Source: Octopus vulgaris (taxonomy: Eukaryota). Taken from it: a stretch of DNA of 64,000 bases. Positions 26,581 to 40,626 of this stretch are shown one piece after another (the first letter of the stretch is position 1; the number at the start of each line of letters is the position of its first letter). The DNA is taken from positions 14,446,001 to 14,510,000 of the forward strand of contig OX597830.1 of the NCBI GenBank assembly GCA_951406725.2, given 5' to 3'. The translations under genes were made by a program, and so were the position numbers. The notes beneath the pieces are model-generated. The model made no database searches, was not told where the DNA came from, and saw only the letters and a program-made list of their open reading frames with translations.

Positions 26581-27996
26581 AAAAAATGTATTAATGACGT
26601 AAATAATAAATACGTAGCTACAAACTATGAATTAGTTGACAGAACACTATCAGTTATTGAAGTTTTGAATTACTAGTTAGCAAACGTGACTGATCATTAC
26701 AAGTACAAGCTTGATCGATAAACATCTAAGATGACATTCATTATCGTAAGCTGTTCATCAATATCACTGATGATTCTCCGTATAAATGAGTCACGGTGTC
26801 TGCAACGGATCACTCTCCTTCAAAGCTTTTTATCCTGGCTTACTTTGTCACTTATGGCTATCAGTATGCAGTCTTCTCAAGTCGAGTTCTACTTTGATGA
26901 CCCGTATCTCGCGCCATTCGTAAATTTAGTATTCATCTTACTGGGTTTTATCTAGTCTTTCGACATATCCCAGTCACTAGAGGTTTTATCATAGTAATAT
27001 CTCTTCACTGCTACAGAGATTTGTTATTTCTAGTTTAAATAGACTCACTGACTCTGTCTTTCCAGATGTTCATGACCTGTATTCAATATATATGGTCATG
27101 AATGAACGTAGATATTTTATAAGATTCATTCCTCCGATGTCTACAAGAACGACATTACGAACAAAAAATTTCAAAAGTCTTACGGTTTGGAATTCCGGAT
27201 GAATTACAGAAAGGACTTACGGATAGGAATTATTTTCATCATTTAAAGTGTGGTCATAACCAACCTAAACACAAGCTTCATTCACGGTCATTCCAGTCAA
27301 CTTTATTACAAAGAAGGAAAGAAAGGAAGTTGTGTAAAAAGCAGTCGAATAACTGGAACTGGAAATCGAAACCTGTTTACAAGTTTGCAACGAGATATTA
27401 CTACCTATACTACATTGCTCAAAATAATATACGGACATATAGAAACCGAAATAAGTATGTATGCAATTAAAGATAAAAAGAGAATTAACAAAGAAAACTT
27501 GTGGAACACTTTTAAATTGCTGAAAGTTTCCATTTAAAGAAAAATGTTTATATTTATATTTTCCAATCACAATAGTTCCATCTTGTTTATAAAATGTTAT
27601 CTATTTATTATTCTTTATGCATGTAATATTTAATAAATATTGCTATTATTTTCTTCACCAGACAATTTTTCACTACTAAGTAAGCTGTTTGAGCAGAAAA
27701 TATCAACCGTTCCTGGATGAAATTGTCTGCTCTATGTATTTTTTCTCCATGTCGGCAGCAAATAGTTATTTCCATATTCGAATTATGATCAATATCATCA
27801 AAGGTTAATTTCTCTTCAACTAAATGTAAGCACACTATCGTAAGAAAAACAGAACCAGTCACACAAATTGCACTCCTACATTTTCTTAATGATGGTTCCA
27901 GACAAGCAAAACAACAATATCTCCAATCCATACGTATTAATAAAAATACAGAATGCACAAGAATACAGACGGGGCATATGTATCATACTACTATGT

Positions 27997-28054
<58 letters not shown>

Positions 28055-28155
28055 ACACATATGTATTATATTATTTATACATATACACATAAACATACAT
28101 ATATTTACGTTTATGTATACATACATACATACATATATATATATTATATATATAC

Positions 28156-28205
<50 letters not shown>

Positions 28206-28245
28206 GTGTGTGTATGTAGGCGCAGGCGTGGTCGTGTGCTAAGAA

Positions 28246-29030
28246 CCCTGTTTTCTTTGCTCCTGGAGGGCAAGGAAATTTTGTTCCTTGCCACTTATTG
28301 TGGGAAGAAGTTAACGAGGGCTTGGGCCGGCGATTTGCCACCCGGATTTGAGACCGAGTGGATAGAAGATACTATCCGCCGGGGTCTGGGTGGGAGCAGT
28401 ACCAAGCTCCTCAATGTGAATATTCTGCCTGCGGCTGATTGGGAGGGGTCAAAACCTGTTTTGATCCTATGGACCCAATCAGCCGAAAATCTGGTATTTC
28501 TAGATTTTTGGGGAATGGCCGTGTCTAGGTATCCGTTGATGCTTGAGAGACATTCCCAAGTGTCGATGTGCCTGGAACCGGGTCATATCAAAATGAACAG
28601 TCGTAAGGACCAAAATAAGGTCCTGGAGCAGTTGATAAAAATACCGCTCCCTGCTACCTCATTGGAGGGAGAGAAGGAGAATGTCGAGGAGGTGGAAAAC
28701 TCCTTGAAAAAAGGAAAAGATCGAAAGGTGAACAACAATAGTTGCCCACCGGAGGATCCGAGGGTTGCGGGAGGGAGGGAGGGGAACTCAAAGGAAAAAA
28801 ATAAAGAAAAAGAAAAATGGGACATCACAGGTGGGTTGTGACACACTGCCGGTGTGTCCCGAAGCATCTTTGGTGGGAGTTGTGCCACTAAAGATGGAAA
28901 TTTTACATCACCCCCGTGATACGGAATAAGAATTTGTGGTCCTCTCCCATAAGGGAGGACAGTAGAGGGCTTTGTCAAGAAGCTTAAAACGAAGGGACGA
29001 AGGGAGGGGATTCTGTCCTGCACGGGGGGG
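28246..29030 (+). pseudogene. Decayed gag/ORF1-like fragment of a non-LTR retrotransposon (RRM-like region plus CCHC knuckle)
   Basis: GC-rich island. Translation gives [16 protein letters not shown] and a frameshifted K-C[12 protein letters not shown](S) knuckle at ~28558-28602, then a K/E-rich tail. This layout is typical of L1/Tx1-type ORF1. Confidence 0.55.
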
Positions 29031-29233
29031 CCCTAAGCTCCACGTGGCTCCGGCAGAAGGTAATGGAGAACTTCTGCTGACTCTTTCGCCACAACTTTCT
29101 CTCAATCTTTACTCCTGCAACTTGCAGCTCTCCTGCGACGGACCGGCGTCCCGTCCAGGTGGAGAACCTATACGCCAAGGAAACCAGGAAAACTGGCCCT
29201 ATGAGCCAGGTATGGCTTGAAAAGGAACAAACA

Positions 29234-29239
<6 letters not shown>
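29031..29239 (+). mobile_element. Headless SINE: body of family C with tail 4 and an (ACAA)n end
   Basis: AAGCTCCACGTGGCTCCGGCAG...CTCTTTCGCCACAACTTTCTCTCA matches the C body. It is followed by CCTGCGACGGACCGGCGTCCCGTCCAGG (V-domain-like, from memory). Confidence 0.75.
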
Positions 29240-29296
<57 letters not shown>

Positions 29297-29299
<3 letters not shown>

Positions 29300-29622
29300 A
29301 CACCTGTTGTTATGTTCTGTTATTTGTATTTGTGTAACATGCTTCGTTTTTTCCGTCATTGTTTTCGTATACATTCGCTGATTTCTTCCAACGAATCTAA
29401 TGCTCTTAGGTTAGGTTTTCCTTGGGGCTGGCCAGATTGGAGCAATCTTGAGTATAACCAGCCGAAATTGCAAAGATAATCTGCAACTCGACTGAGGAAA
29501 GAAAACTCCGAATGACCCATCCTTGATCTCTTTGTATCGTATATCTGGATGTTTTATTGTCCCTATTTTGTGTCACCTAACTGTCTGGATGCTTTGCGTT
29601 CTTGTCCCATTTTGTATTTTTT
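29297..29622. repeat. Unclassified repeat-like segment between TA-rich microsatellites
   Basis: Internal direct repeat TCTGGATG..TT..TTGTCCC.ATTTTGT present twice; bounded by TA microsatellites. Confidence 0.4.
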
Positions 29623-29734
29623 ATATGCAAACATATAGCGGCGTACGTACACATTGGTCTCATATATATATATATATATATACATGCATATATATATGTA
29701 TATATGTATGTATGTATCAAGTATGTATTTATCT

Positions 29735-30105
29735 TATTCTCTTGTTTCAGTCATTTGACTGCGGTCATGCTGGAGCACCACCTTTAGTCGAACCATTCGA
29801 CTACATGATTTATTTTTTGTAAGCCTAGTACATTTTCTATCAGTTTTTTTTGCCGAACCGCTTAGTGACGGATATGTAAACCCACCAATATAGGTTGTGA
29901 ATCGATGGTGGGAGGACAAACACAGACACTGAAACACACACACGCAGATATGCGACAGGCATCTTTAGGCTTCCGTCTACCAAATCCACTCATAAGGCTT
30001 TGGTTTGCTCGAGGTTATAGCTGAAGACACCTGCGCAAGGTGCCACGCAGTGGTGCTGGAATCATGTGGCTAGGAAGCAAGCTTCTTACCACACAGCTAC
30101 GCCTG
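29735..30105 (-). mobile_element. SINE family A
   Basis: Reverse complement of the full A layout. Other A pieces lie at about 31000-31265, 34440-34650, 46230-46392, 46628-47085, 56120-56780 and 62780-63000. Confidence 0.85.
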
Positions 30106-33049
30106 AGTCATGCCGGAGCTCCGGCCTGCTAAGCCATCATCGGACTGAGATACATTTGAATTCGTCTTGGCATTGGGTATTCTTTAATAAAATCTGTTGA
30201 TTGATAATTAGTTTGTAGCATAGGTTGTGATTGAAAGGTATTTTGGAAATTTTAAAATTCTTTAACGTTGGGGTTTTGCTATTCTTCAAAACCCAGTTAT
30301 ACCTACGGTGCTTGGTAATTATGCTTTTCTATATAGGTATGACAGCTTGGGATTTGGGTTTGTAGTTTAGTGGTTCATAAAAGAATGTAGGGAGTTGAAA
30401 GGATTAGCGTATGTTTAACTAGGTGTAGTTGCTGTTGGTTCTGTTTGGATACTAGTGGGGGATTTCCCCTTTTATGTTTTGAGAATGTCAAATTTATAGT
30501 TCAAGGTCCAGTCCAGAATTCAAGGTTTTGTAATTAGATGTATTTATCTAAGTGTGTCAGTTGTAGGATCATGAAATTTGTAAACAAAATTTCAAAAGTA
30601 TGTAGGTAGGTGGTAAGGTGAGTTGATCAGCAGACTTCTTTGCATCTTGTTGTTATTTAGGGAATTTAACCTGCTTGTTTTCAGAGGATGGAGGTTATCA
30701 GTCAATCACGTAAGACCCTATGATCAGTTGCGCTGATTAAAGCGTATCAAATTTAGATGTTGTGTTGTTAGTATAGAAATTTGTTTATCTTGTGTAGGTG
30801 TAAAGGTTTGTTGGCCAACAAATCATTTTTTTATTAGTTAATTGCTTCAAATTCTTACCTGCGAGTTTTAGGGAGTTAAAGCTTATGAGCTATGATTTTT
30901 ACGAATATTTCTTCTACTCCATTTCTGGCCTGGTTGTTTTGTAATATGTTATTTTGGACCAATGGATATACACAAAAGTGGGGCATTACAAAAATGTGTC
31001 CATGTGGTTGAGAAGCAATAACATGGTTCTGAGTTCAATCCTACTACCTGCGACTTTGGACAAGTGTTTTCTATTATAACCACGACCCAACCAAAGTCTT
31101 GTGAAAGTATTTGATAGACGGAAACAAAGAAACCCGTCGCATGTGCGTGTGTATCTATGTGTGTATGTATGTGTGTGTGTGTGCGCGAGAGAGTTTTTGT
31201 ATATGTGTTTGTCAACCGGTGTTGGTGTGTTTATGTCCCCCTAATTTAGTGGTTCGGCAAAAACTTTCGATTAGCTGAAACTAGTTGATACAATTAGTCG
31301 ATTAACATCTTGTCTAGGAATGTTTAGAATCTAAAAGCAAATAACGAAGATAATCCAAATAATATCAGTCTATCGAAAATATTGGCAAATAAAGTAAATG
31401 CAGATGGAAGTAACTTTTGTCTTTAACGCCAACAGCTGAAGGCAATGGAGGTGTTTCAGTCTTATAAGACTAACACAGGTGAAGCATATTCTACTCAGAA
31501 ACACTTGAAAGTCATCGACACATGAAAACAGAGAAAACGCAATGTCGGTGATTGTAAATATGAACAATATGGCTGGAGGTGTGTAGTTCTGTGTTGCATT
31601 CGGAATGAATGCAAATACGATTGGCTCTTAATTTTTTTTGTTTTTTATAGGGATCTGAAATATTCTATGCAGTTAGCAAACAACATTTTTCTCTGGGATT
31701 ATTCAAAAGCTAAACACAAATAAAGAGTCAGCTTATAACAATAGCTGTGCCTACACACCGACAGCCTTACTCTTTTGACATCTGTTAGAGCTCGACGAGC
31801 CTTGATGCAGCCCGGTAAGGCTTGCCAGCTATGATTCCATAAGTTGAATTTATATTCTTTACTTCTATATCCCATAGGCGAGCAATCTAGCAAAATGCAA
31901 ATGTTGTTTGATCCCAAACTTATCGGACAACTATTCTTATTCAGGCAGTGTATCAGGACAATATCATTCAGAGTTACTATTTTAAAAGATACTGGGTGAG
32001 AGGTATTAATAACTTTGAAATTGAGGGGTGATAGATGGATAGTTGACGAGCTCAGAGAGTTTGCTTTCCTTCACCGGCCACAGTCGTATATTTAATCTAG
32101 AAACGAATACATATCCGGCAGTGTGAGAGAGAAAAACTGAAGCAATGAAGAAAACAGAATTGGGACCCGTCTTCTTATTTGTGTTTAAACCAATCAGAAT
32201 GAAATCACGCAGTTATGCAGAGGTAGGCAAAAGAGTCTATAAACGATTCTTTTATTGTAAGAAGTTAGATATCAGTCAGGGGCACAAAGAGTTTGCGTTC
32301 GTGATGGTTGTTTAGTAGTCTTTGCATGGGGGATGGTGATAACACCTCTAAGGTAATAGTGGTGGTGATGGCTGACTTTCCTAAAGGCTGCCGACCGTGA
32401 CGTCTTGTGTACAAGTACAAACCTTAGAATTGTGAACTGTTTTTTGGCATTCACCTCTCTCTCTTTATCGATTTATTCTTTTGCTTATTTTGACAGGTGA
32501 TAATTCATTAAACTTCGTTCACTTTTCTGATTGTGTTGGCGAATGATTATGTACATCTTGTGATTAATATATTCACACTTCAAGGCGACGAGCTGGCAGA
32601 ATCGTTAACTCGCTGGGTTAAATACGTAGTGGCATTTCGTTCTGAGTTCGAATTCCGTCAGAGTCGACCTTGCTTTCATCATTTCGTGATCGATAAAATC
32701 AGTACCAGTTGAATACAAGGGGTCAATATAATCAACTTAGCACCCTCCTCTACAATTTCTGGCATTGTGCCAAAATTTGAAATCAATATATTCCTAGTTC
32801 GAGGTGCACCTCTGTCTTCGTTCTCCATCCTCTTGTAGCACTGTCCTCGGCTCGTATATTATCCGATCAGCATGGTTGCATTTGCATACGAAACGTATTT
32901 TTGTGAGTTGGTGGAACATCTTCTCTTAGGGGTGTTAGCAGATGATATAGAATTGTCACTCTTGAAGTCTTCTACCATTAGACAAGTTGAATATTCGTAA
33001 CAAAAACGGAACACAGCCGATACGAAAAGTATCAGAAGGGAGCTACACA

Positions 33050-33660
33050 ATTAAAGAAAGAGCTTTGATATCTCAACATTCTTCTAAGAGAAAGCGAGAT
33101 CGATATAATCTGAGTGAGATTATTGAAGCAGAATGCAAGACGCTATAGCTAGCTACAAGTACAGAGAACCTGGAAGAACAAGAAATGTACCGGAAGTAAT
33201 AAAAGTTAAGGAAGTGACAACGTAGACAGAAAGGGGACATACCTGACTGAAAGCAGAGAAAGATAATCGCTACCAAATCTGGCAACCGGACCATATTATC
33301 GTCGCATCAAGGATGGTATAAAGTTACTAGTGTACAGGTTATGTGGTAAATATAAGATGAACGCCATCTATATTAACTCTGGCTGCTTTGAACGAAACAT
33401 TCATTGGCATAACAAGGCGTATATTCATTACAAAAGGACAAATATATAAGAATTACGAGATTAAGACGATATCATTGTGCTTGGGGACACACTCATTCTT
33501 GATATAATTATCAAGGATTAAAAGGGAAGGCGTGCATTCTCTCCTGATATGGAAATACTATTCGATAAAGTACTAAATACATGTAAAGCTACCATTTGAA
33601 GGAGCATAGCACGCCAAAGATCCACTAACGGTGCCATCAGCAAAACAAGAGTATAAAGAT
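33050..33660 (+). pseudogene. Possible heavily decayed LTR-retrotransposon (Gypsy-like) fragment
   Basis: DDIIVLGDT at ~33465 resembles the RT YxDDIIV.G.T motif, and there is a KGH-like knuckle remnant at ~33230. The support is weak. Confidence 0.3.
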
Positions 33661-34202
33661 GAAAAATTTGCCGTTAGACCATCTGGTTGAATGCCTTTGA
33701 GAATTGTGTTTCCCTGTCCTTTGAGTTCAAATTGAATTAAGATCAACTTTGACTTACATTCTTCCTGGGTCTAAAATATTTCCGAGTGGACGATTTGTGA
33801 GATTGTTAGAAGGACGAATGTGATGATGTCTTGTAGTATCTGTTTCGAATGTCTGTGTTCTAAATTTAAAATATTATTTTCGCTCAGTAGAGACTTAGCG
33901 GCTGAAAAGATAGTCTTCGGGACCCAATTAATGAAAGATGTATCTCTAACAAGAGATTGAGTTACGCGTTAATTGGTGTGGCATCCAGATCGCATCAAAA
34001 CGCATGAATGCATTCTACTGAAAAGGAATAAATGCAGAGACACTACGTGTGTATATATGTGTGTGTGTATAGTCAACAGATGAGATCCACATCATATGAC
34101 TCATATATGTGTATCTCATATGTGTGGGTGTGTATGTCTGTACATATACACGTGCACTCATACATATATGTGTAGACACAAACACAAAACTATATAAAAC
34201 CT

Positions 34203-34435
34203 AAGGCGGCGAGCTGGCAGAAACGTTAGCGCGCCGGGCGAAATGCTTAGCGGTATTTCGTCTGTCGTTACGTTGTGAGTTCAAATTCCGCCGAGGTCGA
34301 CTTTGCCTTTCATCCTTTCGGGGTCGATAAATTAATTACCAGTTACGCACTGGGATCGATGTAATCGACTTAATCCCTTTGTCTGTCCTTGTTTGTCCCC
34401 TCTGTGTTTAGCCCCTTGTGGGTAGTAAAGAAATA
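34203..34435 (+). mobile_element. SINE family B, young monomer
   Basis: Clean copy: AAGGCGGCGAGCTGGCAGAAACGTTAGC...GAGTTCAAATTCC (B box)...GCCTTTCATCCTTTCGGGGTCGATAAATT...tail X. Confidence 0.92.
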
Positions 34436-34715
34436 TATATAAAACCTTGTGAGTAGACTTGGTAGGCGGAAACAGAAAGAAGCCTATCCATCACCATCGC
34501 TAGTTTTAGCTTGTTTCCGTCCCCGTTTGGTAGCGTTTCTGTAAAATGAGGCTGATAGAATAAGTACCGACTGGGGTCTATTTGATCGAATAAATCCTTT
34601 CAAGCCGGTGCCCCAGCATGGTCTGAACTTTATAACTATAACAAATAAAAGATTAAAGATGTGTGAGTATCCGTGTATGTGTGTGGAAGTAGCGCTTTGT
34701 GCGTGTTTGTGTATA

Positions 34716-35100
34716 TGGGAAGCACTCCGTCGGTTACGACGACGAGGGTTCCGGTTGATCCTATCAACGGAACAGCCTGCTCGTGAAATTAACGTGTAAG
34801 TGGCTGAGCACTCCACAGACACGTGTACCCTTAACATAGTTCTCGGGAATATTCAGCGTGACACAGAGAGTGACAAGGCCGACCCCTTGAAATACAGGTA
34901 CAACAGAAACAGGAAGTAAGAGTGAGAGAAAGTTGTTGTGAAAGAGTACAGCAGGGATCACCACCATCCCCTGCCGGAGCCACGTGGAGCTTTAGGTATT
35001 TTCGCTCAATAAACACACACAACGCCCAGTCTGGGAATCGAAACCGCGATCCTATGACCGCGAGTCAGCTGCCCTAACCACTGGGCCATTGCGCCTCTAC
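34716..35100 (-). mobile_element. SINE with head C and tail 1
   Basis: Reverse complement of the 61493 copy. 11 bp TSD GTTTGTGTATA at 34705-34715 and 35101-35111. Confidence 0.92.
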
Positions 35101-35484
35101 GTTTGTGTATAACTGTAAACGTGTCTATGTTTGTATAATTATTTGCTCTCCATGCATGTAAGACTGTTTGCATATCACAATAAAATCTAGTTAACCCTGC
35201 GTTTTCCTATCACTAATCTCTTTTTCAGTTGTTAGTTGAAACTTTCACAGCAAATGACCTTATAGCGAGGCTAAAACATCAAAGAGTTTCGTTTAGTCTC
35301 AACTACCCTTCTGAATATGCTAGTTTGAGCTACGATAATTAAAAAAAAAATTTTTTAGAACGCAATGATAGAATAATTTGTGTTCCTTACTATTTAGATA
35401 CTAACAACATAAATATAAAATTTATAAAATACATACATAGATATGTGTGTGTCTGTATCTGCGTGTTTATCTGTAGGTATATGC

Positions 35485-35668
<184 letters not shown>

Positions 35669-36442
35669 GTGAATGTATGTGTTTACATAAGGGATATTAA
35701 ACTTGCAATATGGAGGCTGGATACCTATTTATTCAGCCCACACTGAAAAACCTTTGTTGCATCTAATAACTCAATTAAGTATTGTCTATATGAATCAAGT
35801 TTAAGACTGTTGTGAAATGTAAAATTAGTAAAAAAAAATGTAAGCAGGAAAACAGGGTTAAAAAAACCCAGCAAAACAAAGAAATCCGATCATTTAAAAA
35901 TCTAAAAATAACTTCAAAGTTTTCCGTCTAAAATTATTTTTGTTCATTCAAAATTCGTTTTTTTTCTTTCTTTCTCTGTTTTTTTTTTTTCTTTTGTTTT
36001 CTTTTCCCTGAACATGAAAATAATGAACTGCAGGAACAAAATCTTAAAATACATATTCAAAGAAGAGAAGAAAATTTGATAAATGTGATAAAAAAAAAAA
36101 AAAACCCGATATGGAAACCACAGCAAATGAAGCAATTCTCAGATACATTAGCGCAAGTGCTGAATGCATATATACACAACTACAGTCGCTTTACGTGGAA
36201 CAAACAGGAGGTGATAGTAATAATGATGATAATAATAATAAGAAGAAGAAGAAGAAGAAAAAAAACGAAAGAAAGAAAGGAGTGATAGAATAAATAGTGA
36301 AAAAAAATTACTTGGGAATTCTTTCATACAGCATGATTTTCAAAACAAAAACGAAATTCGGCGTTTTATACTTAACTGTATTTGATATACATACATGCAC
36401 ACACAAGCTCACACGTACATACCTACCTACCTCTTACCTATC

Positions 36443-36556
<114 letters not shown>

Positions 36557-36585
36557 CGATGTATTTGTATATATGTATATATGTA

Positions 36586-36638
<53 letters not shown>

Positions 36639-36661
36639 GTATTCACACACAGAGAGACGCC

Positions 36662-36715
<54 letters not shown>

Positions 36716-38329
36716 TATATATATTACACACACATTGTTATCATTATATACATCGTTTTTTTTTCCAACCTTCAACGTATTTTCCGCTATTCCAAAATAT
36801 TTTTTTCAAAGTTTTATCATTTTTAAATTCAATTATTTCAGAATAATAAGTTTTCGGACATATTTCGCACCAACCTCTCTTTTGCTTTTCTTCTCAAAAC
36901 GTTACTATCTGTTGTTTTCTGAAATACAATTTCTTTTCACCTTTCTTCCCACCCCATCATCTTCCTCGTTTCCTGCTAGTTTATTTTTCCTGCTCTTCAT
37001 GCTCTTCTTCTTCTCGTACTTTTCTTAATTTTCCTTTTCTTTTTTTTTATTCAAAACTCCAAGTAAAAAAAAAGAAATAGAAATTCTTAGGAAATTTATT
37101 TGATTTGCGACTGCAGTTTCTATTTCCACATTATTGGCACGCTTCCTCCTTGATTTACATCTAATATATTTGTAACAATATACTACTACTACTATTGCTG
37201 CTGCTACTACTACTAATAGCACTACTACTACTACTACTACTTTTTAACGCGTTGTAACTAAATATATCAGTTTTTACAGAGAATTGCATGCATGTTCACC
37301 ATTGACAAACTGACTCTCTCAGAACCTGAAATAAGAGCATTGATTTCTTTGAGACTTGGTTCGATGCCAGTTATCACTGGGGATTGGTGGGAATAGAGTT
37401 GACTAGTATATTGACGGTGTATTGTATCAAGATTCTTAAAGAGATAAACTATAAAGTCCATCTTAATGGAATCTGGAGTCAGAATAAAGGAATAGTGATA
37501 CGAAATAATATTCTCCTGTCTTTACTAAGATACTGTTCTGCCGTCGTATTTATGACGATGACTGAAGTGAAATAAGACAAACAAATTATCATAAGTTAGA
37601 TAGGCGTAGATTCTTCTATGGTAACGCATAACTCCTCTAGCCATAGACCTGTATCATTTGCTTCTAAGTATAGGGTATCTTGGACAAGTTAGCTCGATGA
37701 AGTCCCTTTCCCCAGGTCATTCTCTTCGGTCGGTAAATTGCACACAATACTACTGGCTAAACAAAAACCTCAGTTTTTCAAATATCAGAGGTTCCTGTTA
37801 TTTGAACGATTTAAAGATTCATTGCTATAGTTGTTGTTGTTTTTGTATTTTACCTTGGTCGAGAAGGCATTCTTTCCGTGCCCTTCCCATGTTTTTAGTG
37901 TATGCCTATAACTGCATTATCTAAAATGTCAGTTTTTAGATGGTTGGGAATGACTTGAAAGCGATTTTGTTGTTATTTCTAGCAGATTGAGCAATTACAA
38001 TATCTGTCGTTGAAGCTGATTGTACAAACCGAAGTTTAGATAATGGAATTTTTGGTTCGATGCAACATCAGCGCAGTTGTCTTTGTTCTTTGATCGACAT
38101 GCTTATATTAGTGAGTAATGGAGGAGAAGCAAAATACTCACAAATGCTTCCTGGTAACATACCAGAATTTGGCTCTCAATAAGTTCAACAGCAGCAAAGG
38201 TCAAAGTATCAGAAAAACTGTTCTTGTTGTTGGTGGTGGTGGTGGTAATGCTATTTGATTCAAGATCTGTTCTGATTGAGAGCATCAATGCTCAAAGGAA
38301 TTCAAACTGCCGCCATCCCGTTTTTTAAT

Positions 38330-39290
38330 GCCTCTGCCTTATTTATGACATGTGCTACTTCGAAATCATTCAATGTGGGTGTCGGACTCCGCTCAGAGTG
38401 CGTACTATCACTTTCCATGTTCATGATCTTCATGGATATGAGTGACAGGGGCATCCGAGTTGGAAATGGGAGTAGGATCAGTCAGTTAGAGTAGGATCAA
38501 TCCTACAGACGATATGGCACTACTCGACTCGTCGGAAGGTAATCCCCAGCGACATGCACGTGATAGGTTTGCAGCCGAGTGCTTCTCGGTATGAATGAAA
38601 ATCAGTGTTGTGAAGACTGAGGCAATCATCCTTTCAAGAAAGGCAGGGTTCCACTGTTGTAGGTGGAGAAATTCATAACCGAAACCTCGTGGCCGTTATC
38701 CGTTCGAAACCGCGTTGCTGTTTTCATGAGTGATGTACATAAGGGGGATGAATTAAGTGGAAGAATTGCAACAGCAGTTGTAGAAATGCGCTTATTTCAG
38801 CATTTAATGACCAAAAGAGGGGAGATAGGTGTGAAAGGCAAACTCACTAGCTTCAATTCTGTGTTTGTGCCCGCCCTCACGAAGGCCCATGAATCTTTGA
38901 TAAAGAATACGATCGCGAATATAAGCAGCAGATGATAGATTCTTCCGAGGGATTTTTGGAGAAACGTTACTCGATAGAGAACATAGCTAAGATATCAGGA
39001 GAACCAGAACTTCGTATTGAGAGATCACAACTTTGATACTACGTAGATATGGTTGCAAGAATGTCCCCGAAAGGAATCGCCGGATAGATTTAACGGGCAA
39101 AAGCAACCGACAAGAGTGCCAGCGATATACCGCGAGCAACATGGTTGAATAACATCCGTGGACTCGGTTGGATACGTTTAGCTACCCAATCGGATCAGTT
39201 GGAGACAATCGCGTCAAACAGAACTAGAAGGAAGGCGTACTTGGGGACACTTCCTACATGACCCTCCAAGCAGGCGAAGAAAATGAGATG
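38330..39290 (+). pseudogene. Decayed RTE-clade LINE RT and 3' end
   Basis: SKSFNVGVGLRSECVLS..MFMIFMD, then (Y)xDD-like TDDMALLDSSE, MKISVVKTE, VEKF, ELSGRIATA and KLTSFNSVFVPALT.AHES, in the collinear order expected for RTE ORF2. Confidence 0.85.
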
Positions 39291-40400
39291 AAATGGTGTG
39301 TGTGTGTGTTGAGGGGAGATTTTTGTCCTCATTCTAGTATGTCAAGCCACCCGTTGATTCAAGCGACAAGGAAATTTAGTGAATCCTGAATCCTGCGTAT
39401 GAAATTTTCAATTTGATGTAGTAGTAGCGTAAACCGTTTTAGTTACATTACATGAGTTTGTTTAATCTTTCCATAGATGGCACGATAAGCGAGTGGTAGA
39501 ATACATGGTATCAGCACCTCCTCTTGAAGTGGTCAGCTAGCATCTTTATCGCTAAGGCATTTACAATCGAGCATATTTCTTTAATTACATAAATAACAGC
39601 TTTTGATTTCCAGCAAGGCATCCTCGTTTCACCTCGAGGAAGAATATTCACTTCACCTTCTGAAGAAACACTTATTACGAAAGAATGTATTCATGAAACA
39701 TTTAAGCATATTTAAACAATTAAGAATAAATAAATATGGATTTAAAACTAATTGAGTAACATTGAAAAAATAAATGAGTTCTATATAGTCCTAATAAATT
39801 TGACTGTTTTAATTTGAGTGTCGAGAGAAGCCCCATAAAAAGTCAATCAAAAACCAAATATTGGAACCTAAATTATTCTATTCACAAATAACAATATTGA
39901 TTGATGATATTGGCTTCAAAATTCGGCACAAGGCCAGTAAGTCTAAGGGAGTGAGTACGTTGATTACATCGACCCCAGTGCTCAAACGATGAAAGGTAAA
40001 ATCGGCCTTGGTGGAACTTGAATTTATAACGTAAAGACGGACGAAATGCTGCTAAGCATTTTGTCCGGCGGGGCAACGGTTCTGCCAGCTCATTGTCTTA
40101 TATTGATTTATCATATTAGTTCAAGGTAAAAAATCGTATTGACTCAATATGATTACCATCTCGAAAAAAAGGAAGACTAAGTTTATGCTGGCCTTATTCA
40201 AACCTAGAATATCTTGTTTCAGCTTTATTAACCTGAACACTAAATCGACCGCTTTGTTGCACATTAATTAAATACTGTTAAACATATAGTCCGGCAAGAT
40301 ATCAGTAGCAGCAATTCACCATTCATAATATTATTAACATACAGTTCAACTCTGGTTATTTGATTAGAAATAAAGGCGTCAACGCAATTTTTCATATATA

Positions 40401-40626
40401 GAGAGTTGGCCAAAAGTCACCTGACAGTAAATCAAAACTATTTAATTCCAAGATTTATTTAACAACTGAATGAATTTAACAAAAGTATCTAATATGAAAC
40501 ATCATGAAAATTTCTCAAACTGAAGTCCTTCTTGAGCGACACATTTTTCCATTCGAGTCAATACAGTATTACCGATAGTATGTGTGGAATTTTGATTTAC
40601 TGTCGGGTGACTTCTGACCAACACTG
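40401..40626. mobile_element. Tc1/mariner-type MITE
   Basis: ~37 bp TIR GAGAGTTGGCCAAAAGTCACCTGACAGTAAATCAAAA / TTTTGATTTACTGTCGGGTGACTTCTGACCAACACTG, flanked by TA. Confidence 0.85.

Noticed and set aside
29420-29520. Hammerhead-like pieces (GGCTGG...CCAGCC-GAAA-TTGCAA and a later CTGAGGA)
   Set aside because: The boxes and stems cannot be arranged into a closed three-way junction in any permutation I tried.
30150-30900. Strand-biased segment resembling decayed retroelement coding sequence (similar stretches at 2640-3000, 24780-25130 and 26700-27550)
   Set aside because: I could not recover diagnostic motifs, so no family is called.
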